Positions 24,997-35,978 of a stretch of 64,000 nucleotides of DNA are shown here, piece by piece. Location of the stretch: the NCBI GenBank assembly GCA_030390025.1, contig CM059431.1:129644001-129708000 (forward strand), in the 5' to 3' direction. The DNA comes from Squalus acanthias. Lineage: Eukaryota. The position numbers and the translations under genes were made by a program. How positions within the stretch are numbered: the stretch's first letter is position 1; each line of letters begins with the position of its first letter. The notes beneath the pieces are model-generated. The model saw only the letters and a list, made by a program, of their open reading frames with translations. It did not search any database and was not told where the DNA came from.

Positions 24997-25921
24997 TGGC
25001 CTTAGCAAGGTCACCTTGCTAAGGCCATCCCCACGCCTCCACTACTCGCCTTCAAGCAGCCGCCTAATCTCAAAAGTACCATCGTTCGCAGCAGATTACC
25101 CATCTTTCAGGAGAACAGCAACCAAGACACCACACAACCCTGCCACGGCAACCTCTGCAAGACATGCCAAATCATGGACACAGATACCATCATCACACGT
25201 GAGGACACTACCCACCAGGTACACGGTACATACTCATGTGACTCGGCCAACGTTGTCTACCTGATACGTTGCAGTAAAGGATGCTCCAGAGCATGGTACA
25301 TCGGCGAGACCATGCAGACACTGAGACAACGTATGAACGGACACCGCGCAACAATCGCCAGGCAGGAGGGTTGCCTCCCAGTCGGGGAACACTTCAGCAG
25401 CCAGGGGCATTCAGCCTCGGATCTGCGGGTAAGCGTTCTCCAAGGCGGCCTTCGGGATACACGACAGCGCAAAATCATAGAGCAGAAACTGATAGCCAAG
25501 TTCCGCACTCATGAGGATGGCCTCAATCGCGATATCGGGTTCAAGTCACGATACAGAACGTGACTTGACATCATGGCCGGTCTTCCCAGGTGTTTTTTTT
25601 TTAAAAAGACTAACACAAGAACCAACACAAATTGACAGGTTATGCAGCCAGCAGGTGGTTTGACACGTTGGACCCCCTGGGACACATCTCATTGTCTTGG
25701 CTGTGCTCTTAGTGTGTCTTTGATGTAGGGAAAGATTTGAATAGATTTTGTCTGTGTTTAAATTGTGAATTCTGGGAGATTCTCTCACTGCTAACTTACC
25801 TGAGGAAGGAGCGACAGCTCCGAAAGCTTGTAAAATTAAATAAATCTGTTGGACTATAACCTGGTGTTGTGCGACTTCTCATTTTTGTCCACCCCAGTCC
25901 AACGCCGGCATCTCCACATCA
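24997..25921 (+). mobile_element. 5'-truncated Penelope-like element (GIY-YIG endonuclease and 3' region)
   Basis: ORF 25174-25563 NVVYLIRC...WYIGET...RMNGH...GLN is a GIY-YIG domain; hammerhead motif downstream. Confidence 0.92.
25796..25833 (+). ncRNA. Minimal type I hammerhead ribozyme
   Basis: TTAC-CTGAGGA-A-GGAGC-GACA-GCTCC-GAAA-GCTT-GTAA: conserved core, stems I and II, palindromic AAGCTT stem III. Confidence 0.85.
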
Positions 25922-28900
25922 TGGTTAATGTGGAACCACTTCATGCGGCGGGGCATCTTTATGGCGTAGACCATGGGGCTTGCCTTGTCGACAATGCTGT
26001 ACGGCCCCATGTACAGTGGTTCAAAACTCCCTACCTGGGCAAAATTCCTAACCATGACCTGATCCCCTATCTCCCACTCATGGTGCTTGCGGGGTTCTAG
26101 CAGCAGTCGGTTACTCCGATGCTGTTTTCCCATGTTGCTAGCAGCCTGCCAGTGAACCTGTTTAAGGTGTTCAAACAGATTCCTGACGAAGCTGTCCCGG
26201 TTCACCTCTCTGAGCTGACCCTCCGTGAGCACCGGGGCTAGCACATGGGTGGGGGTCCGCATAATCCTACCAGTCATGAGCTGATGTGGGGAATACCCCG
26301 TACTTTTTGACTGGCTGGCTCGGATCCCCATTAGGACCAACGGTAAGATTTCTACCCACTTCTTGGGTGAGTCTCCCGTTTCCTTCCGTAGCCTTTCTTT
26401 AATGGTACGGTTTAAACGCTCCACAGGACCCGATGACTGCGGATTGTGGGCGACGTGCCATTTCCCTTCAATGCTGAGTACCCAGAGGGTCTCTTGCATG
26501 ACCTGCCTGGTAAAATGGCACAAGCCGTACCCAATGTGGTAGCAGTATGGCATGGGAACGCTTCCACCCACTTTGAGAACACATCCACCAGGACTAGGCA
26601 GTAATTAAAGCCTCCCTGGGCGGTGGGTAGGGGCCCAATGTAATCGACCTGGATCGACTGCCATGGTTCCTCTACCCTCCTGATGTGTCCCATAGATACC
26701 TTTCTTTTCTGGGGGTCTGGGTTGTTAGCAGCACACACCAAACAGCCGGCACAAAACTCGCGGACCTCTTCCCTGAGTCCTGGCCACCATCCTGTCTGTT
26801 CCACCCGTTGCCAGGTGGTCTCAGGTCCGAGATGCCCCGCTCCTGGACCCTCATGGGCCAGTTGGAGGAATTCCCTTTGGTGCTGCTGCGGCACCACCCA
26901 CTGCTCCCCCCTGAACAGCATGCCTTCCTTAACGGTGATGGCTGCTGTGCCGTACGGGCCCTCTATCTTTTCCCCTTTTTCCAGGGCGTTCAGGACAGCC
27001 TTGAGGACGGTATCCTGGGCTTGGGCCTGCTTTAAGTCCGGGGCCAAGGCTACCCCCTGGGTGCCTCCCTTGCTCCGGATTGCGGCTACCGGACCTGTTT
27101 GGTATGGATCCCAGAATACCCCTTCCCTGGCCCCCTGTTTGGCCAGGTCGTCTGCCTTACAGTTACTCTCCCACCTGGGCTCTGTCTTTGAATGGACCTT
27201 GACCTTATGGATATAGACCTTCCCTTCCTCCCCCACAGCCGCCATGATTTTCTCCAACAGGGGCTTTATGGTGAGGGGTCTCCCATCAGCGGAGGTATAT
27301 CCGCGACGGGACCAGATGGCCAGGTACTCCGTACACGAATTGCATATGAACATGCTGTCCGAGCAAATCATGTATGGGGTAGGGAACTTCTCGGGGTGTG
27401 TAACCACGTACACTACCACAGACAGTTCAGCCTGCTGGGCGCTCATGGTGCTGGGGAGTTTAATTGCCAGGGCAATGCCTGCCTCCTGGTTATAAACTTC
27501 ACACCCTGTGAGTCGCTCGCCAGCAGATACTGTGCTCGAACCGTCCACATAGATTTTGCGGCCTGTGGGGTGTATCCCGGCCCGAAAACCTATGTTGACT
27601 TCCCATACCCCTTCAATGGAACACCAGGGCAGTCCCTGGGTAGATCATGTTGGCTGCGAGCTTCGGCTCGCAGAGACCTTTCACCCTTCGGTCCATCTGG
27701 GAGAGAAGCAGGGTTCAGCGAGCAATACGGGCACTGCTCACTGTCCCGTCTTTGATTCTCCCATCTAGGAGCATCTGGGTGGGTGTGTGATGGGTGAGGA
27801 GGGTGATGGGAGACGTGCCTGTGAAGATCAATAATCTTTTCACAGCCCAGTGAGTGGCGAGGAGGTGCCTCTCACAGTTGGAATAGCCCTTCTCCACATC
27901 GGTGAGTATCCTGGAGGAGTAAACCACCGGTCTCAGCCGGTCATGCCTCTCTTGGAGCAGCACGGCACTCAGACTGCCCCCGCTGGCTGCCACCTCCAGG
28001 AAAAACTCCCTCTCCCCATCAATGGCTCCTGGAGCCGGCGCAGTCTGCAGATCTTTTTTAACTTGGGAAATGCTGCCTCGCAACCCTCGTCCCATGCCCA
28101 CTCTACACCCTTATGTAGGAGTCGGAGCAGAGGGGCTGCGGTGACTGTGTAATCCTCAATGAAATCTCTGCAGTACCCGGTTAGCCCTAGAAAGGATCTC
28201 ACTCCTGTGACTATGTTGGGGGCTGGTAACTCCTGCACTGCTTCCCTCCTAGCTTTGTCAATGGCCCTTTCCCCAGCGCGCACAGTTAGCCCTAGGAATT
28301 TGACTTCCTGTTGGCCGATCTGTACCTTCTTTGGGTTTACTTTGAAGCCTTCTTGCAGGAGCAGCTCCAGCAGTTCAGCCAGTAGTAGACCGTGTTCCTC
28401 TCCCTCATCGGTGAACAGGAGTAGGTCATCCACATACTGTACCAACTGCCGGGGCTGGCTGAAGCCCTTCAAACAATTCACCATGCATTGGTGAAAAATG
28501 CTCGGGCTGTTGTGGAAGCCCTGAGGTAGGCAGTTCCAGGTATACTGTTGGCCTTTAAAAGTGAAGGCGAACTTGTACTGGTCCTCTCTTCGTAAAGGGA
28601 TGGACCAAAACCCGTTGGAAATGTCCAGCACTGTGAAAGTGGTCGCAGATGCTGGGATACTTCCAATGAGGTCAGCGACGGCTGCTACCGTGGGTGTACA
28701 GGCGGGAATGTTGCGGTTGAGTACCCGATAGTCCACTGTGGCCCTCCAGGAGTTGTCCGGTTTTCTAACCGGCCACAGTGGAGAGTTTACGTGGGTGGCT
28801 ATCGGTCTCAATACCCCCTGTGTTACTAAAGAAGCCATGGCCTTTTCTATGTCTGCTTCCACCTCCCTGGGGAAATTGTATTGCTTCTGTGGTCAGGTCA

Positions 28901-29501
28901 TGGGGCCCCCGCTGACACTAACCTCGACCCCGTTTACCCTCCCACAATCGTGCTTGTGAGTGGCAAATGCTGCGAGGTGTGCTCGCACAAATGCCTGGTA
29001 TGCCATTGGAGTGTTACTGACCATTTGTTCGAGGTCATAACCTTCCTTTGGTTTCAGGGTGCACAAGGTCCCCTTGCCCTGTTTCCTTGGGATGACTGCC
29101 ACTTCACTTTCTCTGCCTGTACATGCTCCCCACAGACAGTGGTTCCTAAGATCCACTAGAATCCTGTGGCCTGTGATAAAGTCAGCCCCCAGGATCCCCG
29201 TCCCTTCCCGTTCCCATTTCATCAGGACACAGGTCCACTTGGTGTGGAGTGTTCCTAAATGAATGGACAGCGGGATGGAGAATGAGCCAGTCTGCTCGTT
29301 ACCTGTAAACCCCACTAAGCTGTACGGGACCCCATTAGACAGAGGTGAGGCGGCGGGGTTGGCTGAATAGACTATGGTGCTGGAAGCTCCAGTATCTAAC
29401 AGATAAGTCCCTTTCACCTTCTCCACCTCCATCCTAACGAGTGGTCTCTTCCATGCATCATACTCCAGGGGACACAGGTAGACAGGCTGCGCTGGCTCCA
29501 G
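25922..29501 (-). pseudogene. pol: Retroviral-type pol
   Basis: LLDTGAS; PQKQY..., LDISNGFW, YVDD; degenerate RNase H (EVAAS); RNase H (DGSS, SAQQAEL, SDS); HHCC, QVDYIGP, VERLNR, GPY. Frameshifts and a deletion in the integrase core. Confidence 0.9.
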
Positions 29502-31321
29502 TCATAAGTCTGCGTTGGGGGGGCAGATGGGGTGAAAGCACCAGTGGCGGTGGCTACTTTCCCTGGGCCGTTTACTAGAGCTCGGATTGCAGCCACGACC
29601 GAGTCTAACGTGGGGGAAGAGGTCGGTGCTTTGGTGCTTGGGGCAGGAGTTGGGGAGTTCTTCCCTGTTATCCTTCCACGGATTCCTACAGTCTTTTCTC
29701 CAATGCCCACTCTTCCCGCACCCGAAGCAGTTACGCTTCGTGTCGGAAGGGTTACCCCCTTCCTGGTGCCACTCTTTCTTTTTACTAGGCTTTATTTTGT
29801 GTACCTTTCCCTTAGGTGGGTGCTCTTCTGTCCCTCTACCGTTCCGGTAAGCCAGGGTCAGTTGTCTGACCACTGTTTCCTCGGTGACCCGGGGGTCTTT
29901 CGGGTCAAACCACAGCTCAGCCTTGGCCCTGCTCCGTGGCAAGCTGTTTGCCACTAGGCTTCGGAAGCCAGTGGGCCAGCTCATCCTGATTCAGGTGAGC
30001 CTGGTCGAGAACTCCATTACATGCACTCCTGTACACAGGCCACAGTCGGTCTGCGAAAGCCTGTGGGGTCTCCCCTACTAGCTGTGTTGTCTTCCCCACT
30101 CAGGAGAAGGGACTACCATCATTCATTCCCATGGCCTCCAGAACTCCCTCTTGGATAGCAGCGTACCCACCCTGCCCTCTTTTACTCGCTGCGGAGAGGG
30201 ACTGGTAGATTTTGCTATCTAGGGAGAACAGGAGCATTTTTGCCATCTCGGCATCATCGCAGTGGTTGATGCCCACTGCCTGTTCCACTTCCATGAAGTG
30301 GACCGAGGGGTCCCCCTTTTGGGTGAGCTTGCCCAGGTGGCTTACCATAGCCCTAAGCTGTTGGGTGCCATGCGGAGCCACGAATTGGCTTTCAAGGGGT
30401 CCTTGACCCCCACCACCACCGGGCGGGCCAAACTTTTGCTGCCGGACCAGGCACATCGGCCCCGGCTCCGACCTTTCCTGCATTGGTTCACCCACCGCTC
30501 CCTGCTGCCAAACCGAGTCAAAACCCGACGCCACAGGTGGTGGTGTGCACTCTCTGCCGGCCTCACAAATCGCCAGTCCCTCCTGTTGCCCAACCGAGTC
30601 ATTCCTCGGCGCCACAGGTGGCGTCCAAACAGTTTCCCCTTGCACTTCCAGGTCCACCCGGGCCGCACCCGGGCTTAGTAGGCATACCATGCCTTTCGCC
30701 CTGGACAGAGCAAGATTCAAACTCTCGATTTGTTTCTGGCAGGGGCCGTGATCTCCCACCTCATACACCCTAGTGCTTGCTATCTTGTAAGCTGCCTGGA
30801 CGTGTCTCAACCTCTCCTCCTGCTCTCTTACTTGCTTGGCAAGGCGGGCGTTCTCTTCCCGTAACACCAGTTCACTGGTTTTAGCTTCGGTGACCTGACA
30901 CTGAAAATATTCCTGTCTGTTTCTATGTGTTTCCACTAGCTGCATTTTTTTCCTGATTTCAGGTGGTTAACTCTGCTAATAATGTCTCCCCTGCTAGAGC
31001 TCTTGCATGAGACAGGTGGGCTGATTCCCACAGTTCTGCTTTAAGTGCCTCAACACGTTTGTCTAACAGCTGGATCTGTCACTGGGAGCTTACCAACCAG
31101 ATGGCTTTCTCCACAGATTTCTTGTGGTCCTTGCTCTCAGTCCATTTAGCTGCAGTGTCTATTGGACGCTCAGCACGCAACAGACTGAGTACCCACTTCT
31201 TAGTTATGTTCACTTTCTCGAACACATAAGAGGAAATCCTCTCTTCCATCTTGGTTCTCTCCTCAAAAACAGTGTCCACTGCATCACATCCCTTTTGCCA
31301 AGGTCCTGCCGCGGTCGCCAT
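29502..31321 (-). pseudogene. gag: Retroviral-type gag
   Basis: Fragments 31079-31321, 30100-30945 and 29502-29984: coiled-coil-like region, capsid-like region, CFGCGKSGHWRKDC knuckle. Confidence 0.85.
31303..31320 (-). promoter_or_regulatory. Primer binding site, tRNA-Arg
   Basis: TGGCGACCGCGGCAGGAC, 3 nt after the LTR-terminal CA. Complementary to the 3' 18 nt of vertebrate tRNA-Arg(TCG) as recalled, not searched. Confidence 0.85.
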
Positions 31322-31323
31322 TA

Positions 31324-32519
31324 TGTAGGGGGTGGTGTTTGTGTGTCAGCTTCACCTCTTACTTCTGAGCGGTTCGAATCGCTCCCACTCCCTTGGTTCT
31401 AGACCTTGGACTTATTTGGGGGTTGTGACAAAAGTGCAGCAGACAACTGGTTTGGTGCAAGAACTTTGATCTTTATTCAAGAGAGTAAAACATAACACAA
31501 CAATCTTAACACTAATAAAATGGGGAACATATCGGTACATATGAGGGAAATCACATTAGAAGAATACCTCACCCCTCCCAGTCCCATTATACTACCTAAG
31601 TTGGGCTCTAGAGAACCAGGGATAATGCTCACCAAACGAATCCTTGACAGTTGAGATGGTTCGCGGTTTTGGGGTTCGCTGTAGTACCCACTTTTCCTCT
31701 GTTAGAGATAGGGTTTTGAGTCTTTTTAAGTAAAAAGTTTTGTAAGGCCCTTGTTGCCGCAGGGTGTCTGATGGTCACTGGGGCTGTTGCTCTGGTTTCT
31801 TCTTGCTTCTAGAGCTGCTGGCCTTCTCGGTTGAATTTCTTTCTGTTGCCCCCTCGCCTTGTTGAACGGTCTGATTCTGAGCTGTCGACCTCTTGGCTGG
31901 ACACGTAACTGCTTGTTCCTTGAACTGCTTGTTCCTTGCTGCCTGCTGCTTGTCTGTGTGACTCCTGTGCTTCCGCTGTCCTGCTTGTTGCTTGAACTTG
32001 AGAAAAGCAGGCCTTCAATTATACTAATTGAAGCCTCCTTTGTTGCGCGCCAAATCAAATCCCGGTCATTGTAAGATTTTGGTGGGCTCGTTAACAGTAA
32101 CTGGTTTGTGAAGGTGTGAAGTGGTTTCGGGATGGTCTCATCCTGTCGATCTGCTTGCTTGATTGTAGCTGATTGTTCTCACGTTGTGAGTTTCTTGACT
32201 GGGCCTGGGATTTCTATAGAGTAGGCCGAAATGATCTGTTTTATGCATGTTTTTAATGGGCTCTGTAAATTTGGGTGGAGACTGCTTTTCCTCGGGTTTA
32301 TTGTAAGGATGTTAATGTCTGATAGGGGCCGATTTAACTCCCAGCAAGGTCATGCGGTTCCCTAGACAGTTTCCATTAACTTCAATACCCAAACTGTTTT
32401 TACAGAGGTTGAACCCACCTTCCTTCACAGCCTTTTCTCCCTTACAAGTCCAGACATGTCCTTTAAAATACCAAATCTTGGTTTTTGCTCTAAAATGTCC
32501 TTCGGTTAGGCCCAATACA
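31324..32519 (-). repeat. LTR of about 1.2 kb
   Basis: TGTA...TACA termini, AATAAA on minus at 31472-31477, adjacent PBS, partial second copy at 21948-22086. Confidence 0.8.
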
Positions 32520-32769
32520 TTCCACCACCCTGAAATAGATAGAAAAGAGTCCAAAGTCTTTTTCCTTAGGGTTTGTCTTCGAGTTTTGGGGGATCTGTGA
32601 ATTTTGAGAATCTTACATATCTGAACATTGTGAAACCCATTGAAAATGTTGGAAAATAGGAAAAGGCTGTCAAAATAGCAGTTAACAAGCACTTAACAAG
32701 GAGTTAAGTGCCTTAAATCCCTTACCTGCCACTTGGTGTCGGGTCTGTTGTGAAATCGCAGACCCGACA

Positions 32770-35215
32770 TAAGAACATAAGAAATAGGAGCAGGAGTAGG
32801 CCAATTGGCCCCTCGAGCCTGCTCCGCCATTCAATAAGATCATGGCTGATCTGATCCTAACCGCCAATCTACTATCTATCACAGAACCATCTCCTGCATC
32901 TAACAGAATTGCACACACGAAATAGGAGCAGAATCAGGCTACACGGTCCCTGGGCCCGCTCCACTACCCATAGGGCCATGACCGATCCGAACCTAGACTC
33001 ATGTCCAAATTCCTGCCCGCTCCCCGTAACCCTTAATGCCCTTTACTTCTAGGAAACTGTCTATTTCTGTTTTAAATTTATTTAATGATGTAGCTTCTAC
33101 AGCTTTTTGTGGCAGCATATTCCATGGACCTACCACCCTCTGAGTGAACTAGTTCCTCCTCATCTCAGTTTTGAAAGAGCAGCCCCTTATTCGAAGACTA
33201 TGTCCCCTAGTTCTAGTCTCACCCGCCATTGGGAACATCCTCCCCGCATCCACCCGATCCAACCCCTTCACAATCTTATATGTTTCAATAAGATCGCCTC
33301 TCATTCTTCTGAACTCCAATGAGTAGAGTCCCAATCTACCCAACCTCTCCTCATATGACCACCCCCTCATCCCCGGGATTAACCGAGTGAACCTTTTTTG
33401 CACTGCCTCGAGAGCAAGGATGTCTTTCCTTAAGTAAGGACACCAAAACTGTATGCAGTATTCCAGGTGCGGTCTCACCAATACCTTGTACAACTGAAGC
33501 AATACCTCCCTATTTTTATATTCTATCCCCCTAGCAATGAAGGCCAACATTCCATTTGCCTTCTTAATCACTTGCTGCACCTGCATACTAACCTTTTGAG
33601 TTTCGTGCACCAGGACCCCCAGATCCCTTTGCACTTCAGTACTCTCCAGTTTCTTGCCATTAAGATAATAAATTGCTCTAGGATTTTTCCTGCCAAAGTG
33701 CATCACCTCACACTTTCCAGTGTTGTATTCCATCTGCCAAATCTCTGCCCACTTACTTAGCCTGTCTATGTCCCCTTGCAGGTTTTTTATGTCCTCCTCA
33801 CTCACTACTTTCCCTCCCATCTTTGTATCATCTGCAAATTTTGATATGTTACACTTGGTCCCTTCCTCCAAATCGTTAATATAGATTGTAAAGAGTTGGG
33901 GACCCAGCACTGACCCCTGTGGAACACCACTAGTTACTGATTGCCAGTCTGAGAATGAACCATTTATCCCAACTCTTTGCTTTCTGTTAGATAGCCAATC
34001 CTCTATCCATGCCAGAATATTACCCCCAATCCCGTGATTTTTTACCTTAAGCAATAATCTTGTGTGGCACCTTGTCAAATGCCTTTTGGAAGTCTAAATA
34101 CACTACGTCCACTGGTTCCCCTTTATCCACTCTATATGTTACTTCCTCAAAGAACTCCAGCAAATTTGTCAAACATGACTTCCCCTTCGTAAAACCATGC
34201 TGACTTTGTCCTATTAAATTATGATTATCCAAATGTCCTGTTACTGTTTCCTTAATAATGGACTCCAAAATTTTACCTACCACAGATGTTAGGCTAACCG
34301 GTCTATAGTTACCAGCCTTCTGTCTACTGCCCTTTTTAAATAAGGGTGTTACATTAGCAGTTTTCCAGTCTGCCGGGACCTTAGCGGAATCCAGGGAGTT
34401 TTGAAAAATTATTACCAATGCATCTACAATCCCTACCGCCACTTCCTTCAAGACTCTAGATGTAAGCCATCAGGTCCAGGTGATTTATCCGCCTTGAGTC
34501 CCATTATTTTACCGAGTACCACTTCCTTAGTGATTTTGATCGTGTTTAGCTCCTCTCCCCCTATAGCCCCCTGTTTGTCCAGTGTTGGGATATTCTTAGT
34601 GTCCTCTACTGTAAAGACTGATACAAAAAATTCATTCAGTGTTTTTGCCATCTCCATATTTCCCATCATTAATTTCCCGGTCTCATCCTCTAAGGGACCA
34701 ACATTTACTTTAGCCACCCTTTTTCTTTTTATATAACTATAAAAACTCTTACTATCTGTTTTTATATTTTTTGCTAATTTACTTTCATAATCTATCTTCC
34801 CTTTCTTAATCAATCTTTTTGTTATTTTTTGCTGCCTTTTAAAGTTTTCCCAATCCTCTGTCCTCCCACTAGATTTCGCTACCTTATATGCCCTTGTTTT
34901 TAGTCGAATACTATCCTTAATTTCTTTACTTAGCCACGGATGACTGTCCTTTCTTTTACACCCTTTTCTTTTCAGTGGAATATATTTTTTTTGGAAGTTG
35001 TAAAATAACTACTTGAATGTACTCCACTGATCATGTGTCGTCTTACCCTTTAATCTATTTTCCCAATCCACTCTACTCAATTCCGCTCGCATACCTTCAT
35101 AGTCTCCTTTATTCAAGCTTAGCACGCTTGTTTGAGATCCAACCTTCTCACCCTCTAATTGAATATGGAATTCAACCATGTTATGGTCACTCATTCCAAG
35201 GGGATCCTTTACTAG
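32770..35215 (-). mobile_element. 5'-truncated CR1 LINE
   Basis: RT fragments (GVPQGSVLGP, FADD, RPHLEYC), (TAAGAACA)n tail on +, GACA at both junctions (32766-32769, 35216-35219). Confidence 0.93.
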
Positions 35216-35978
35216 GACACGCTTGAACCTCACACAGAGGCGGGTTCACAGCGGGTTTCCAACCTGTCATCAATCATTGCGACTTTAACAGCTGACCCGC
35301 CTCCAAACCCGCCCTCTGAGCGCCAGCAAAATCGCGGCCAAAGAGAGAGAGAAGAGACAGAAGGAAAAGTAAGAAAAATACCTCTAGGAACAATTTAGTT
35401 CCTGCAGGAGTGAGTCAATTATTCCCTTTCTGGGCCTCCAAGGGTGAGTGACATGCCAGGACCATTAATCACCCCATTAATAGGGTCCTTACACCATGAA
35501 ATAGCAGCCCGAACTTTCAATGGCAAGTTTATTCCATTTTGCAGTGCAAATGCAGCAATTTCTTGACACGTATGGGGAGTTTGGTGGCGAGCTCTGGTTT
35601 TTACCAGGCAAACGGCACCAAACAATCCAGTAATGTAGCGATTCGCAACTCACGCCGTATCTCACCTTTGCCACATTGCAAACTTTTACACATTAATAAC
35701 GGCATGCGGCGTGAACCCGCTGTTATTTTTGCAGCAAATTCTGGGTCATGGTGACTCAGTTTGAGCACCCTACTTTGAAAGGATCTCAAGGCCATGAAGA
35801 GGGTACAGAAGAGATTTAATAAGATGATATTGGTTTTGGTTACGAGGAGAGACTAGAGAAACTGGGGCTCTTTTCACTAGAAGGGAGAAGGTTACAAGGA
35901 AATTTGATAGAGGCGTTCAAGGTTAGGAGTTTTGGTAAGGTACATAGAGAAAACCTACTTCTACTGACCAGTGAGTTA

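Larger units (their letters stand above)
25922..32519 (-). mobile_element. Retrovirus-like provirus (lokiretrovirus/spuma-related by inference), 3'-truncated, no env seen
   Basis: LTR, tRNA-Arg PBS, gag with CCHC, protease, RT, degenerate RNase H, second RNase H, integrase. Confidence 0.9.
15803..35339. mobile_element. Harbinger element H3, expanded by nested insertions; own transposase lost
   Basis: TIRs GGCCGTGATTTT and (rc) GGCCGCGATTTT with TSD AAA (15800-15802, 35340-35342). Right-end pieces at about 32590-32769 and 35216-35339 resemble the right end of H5. Confidence 0.8.
15533..35747. mobile_element. Harbinger-type MITE split by H3 (pieces 15533-15802 and 35340-35747)
   Basis: Ends GGCTAAGAATCTGCTG and (rc) GACCCAGAATTTGCTG; the GA-rich tract is continuous across the H3 insertion. 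TSD does not match. Related fragments at about 2621-2930 and 47418-47680. Confidence 0.55.

Noticed and set aside
31425..31435. TGTGACA as the LTR boundary
   Set aside because: No adjacent PBS; the boundary at 31324 has both TGTA/TACA termini and a tRNA-Arg PBS.
32737..32769. Hairpin TGTCGGGTCTG...CAGACCCGACA as a provirus terminus or ncRNA
   Set aside because: It matches the Harbinger subterminal palindrome in H5 (about 37549-37582).
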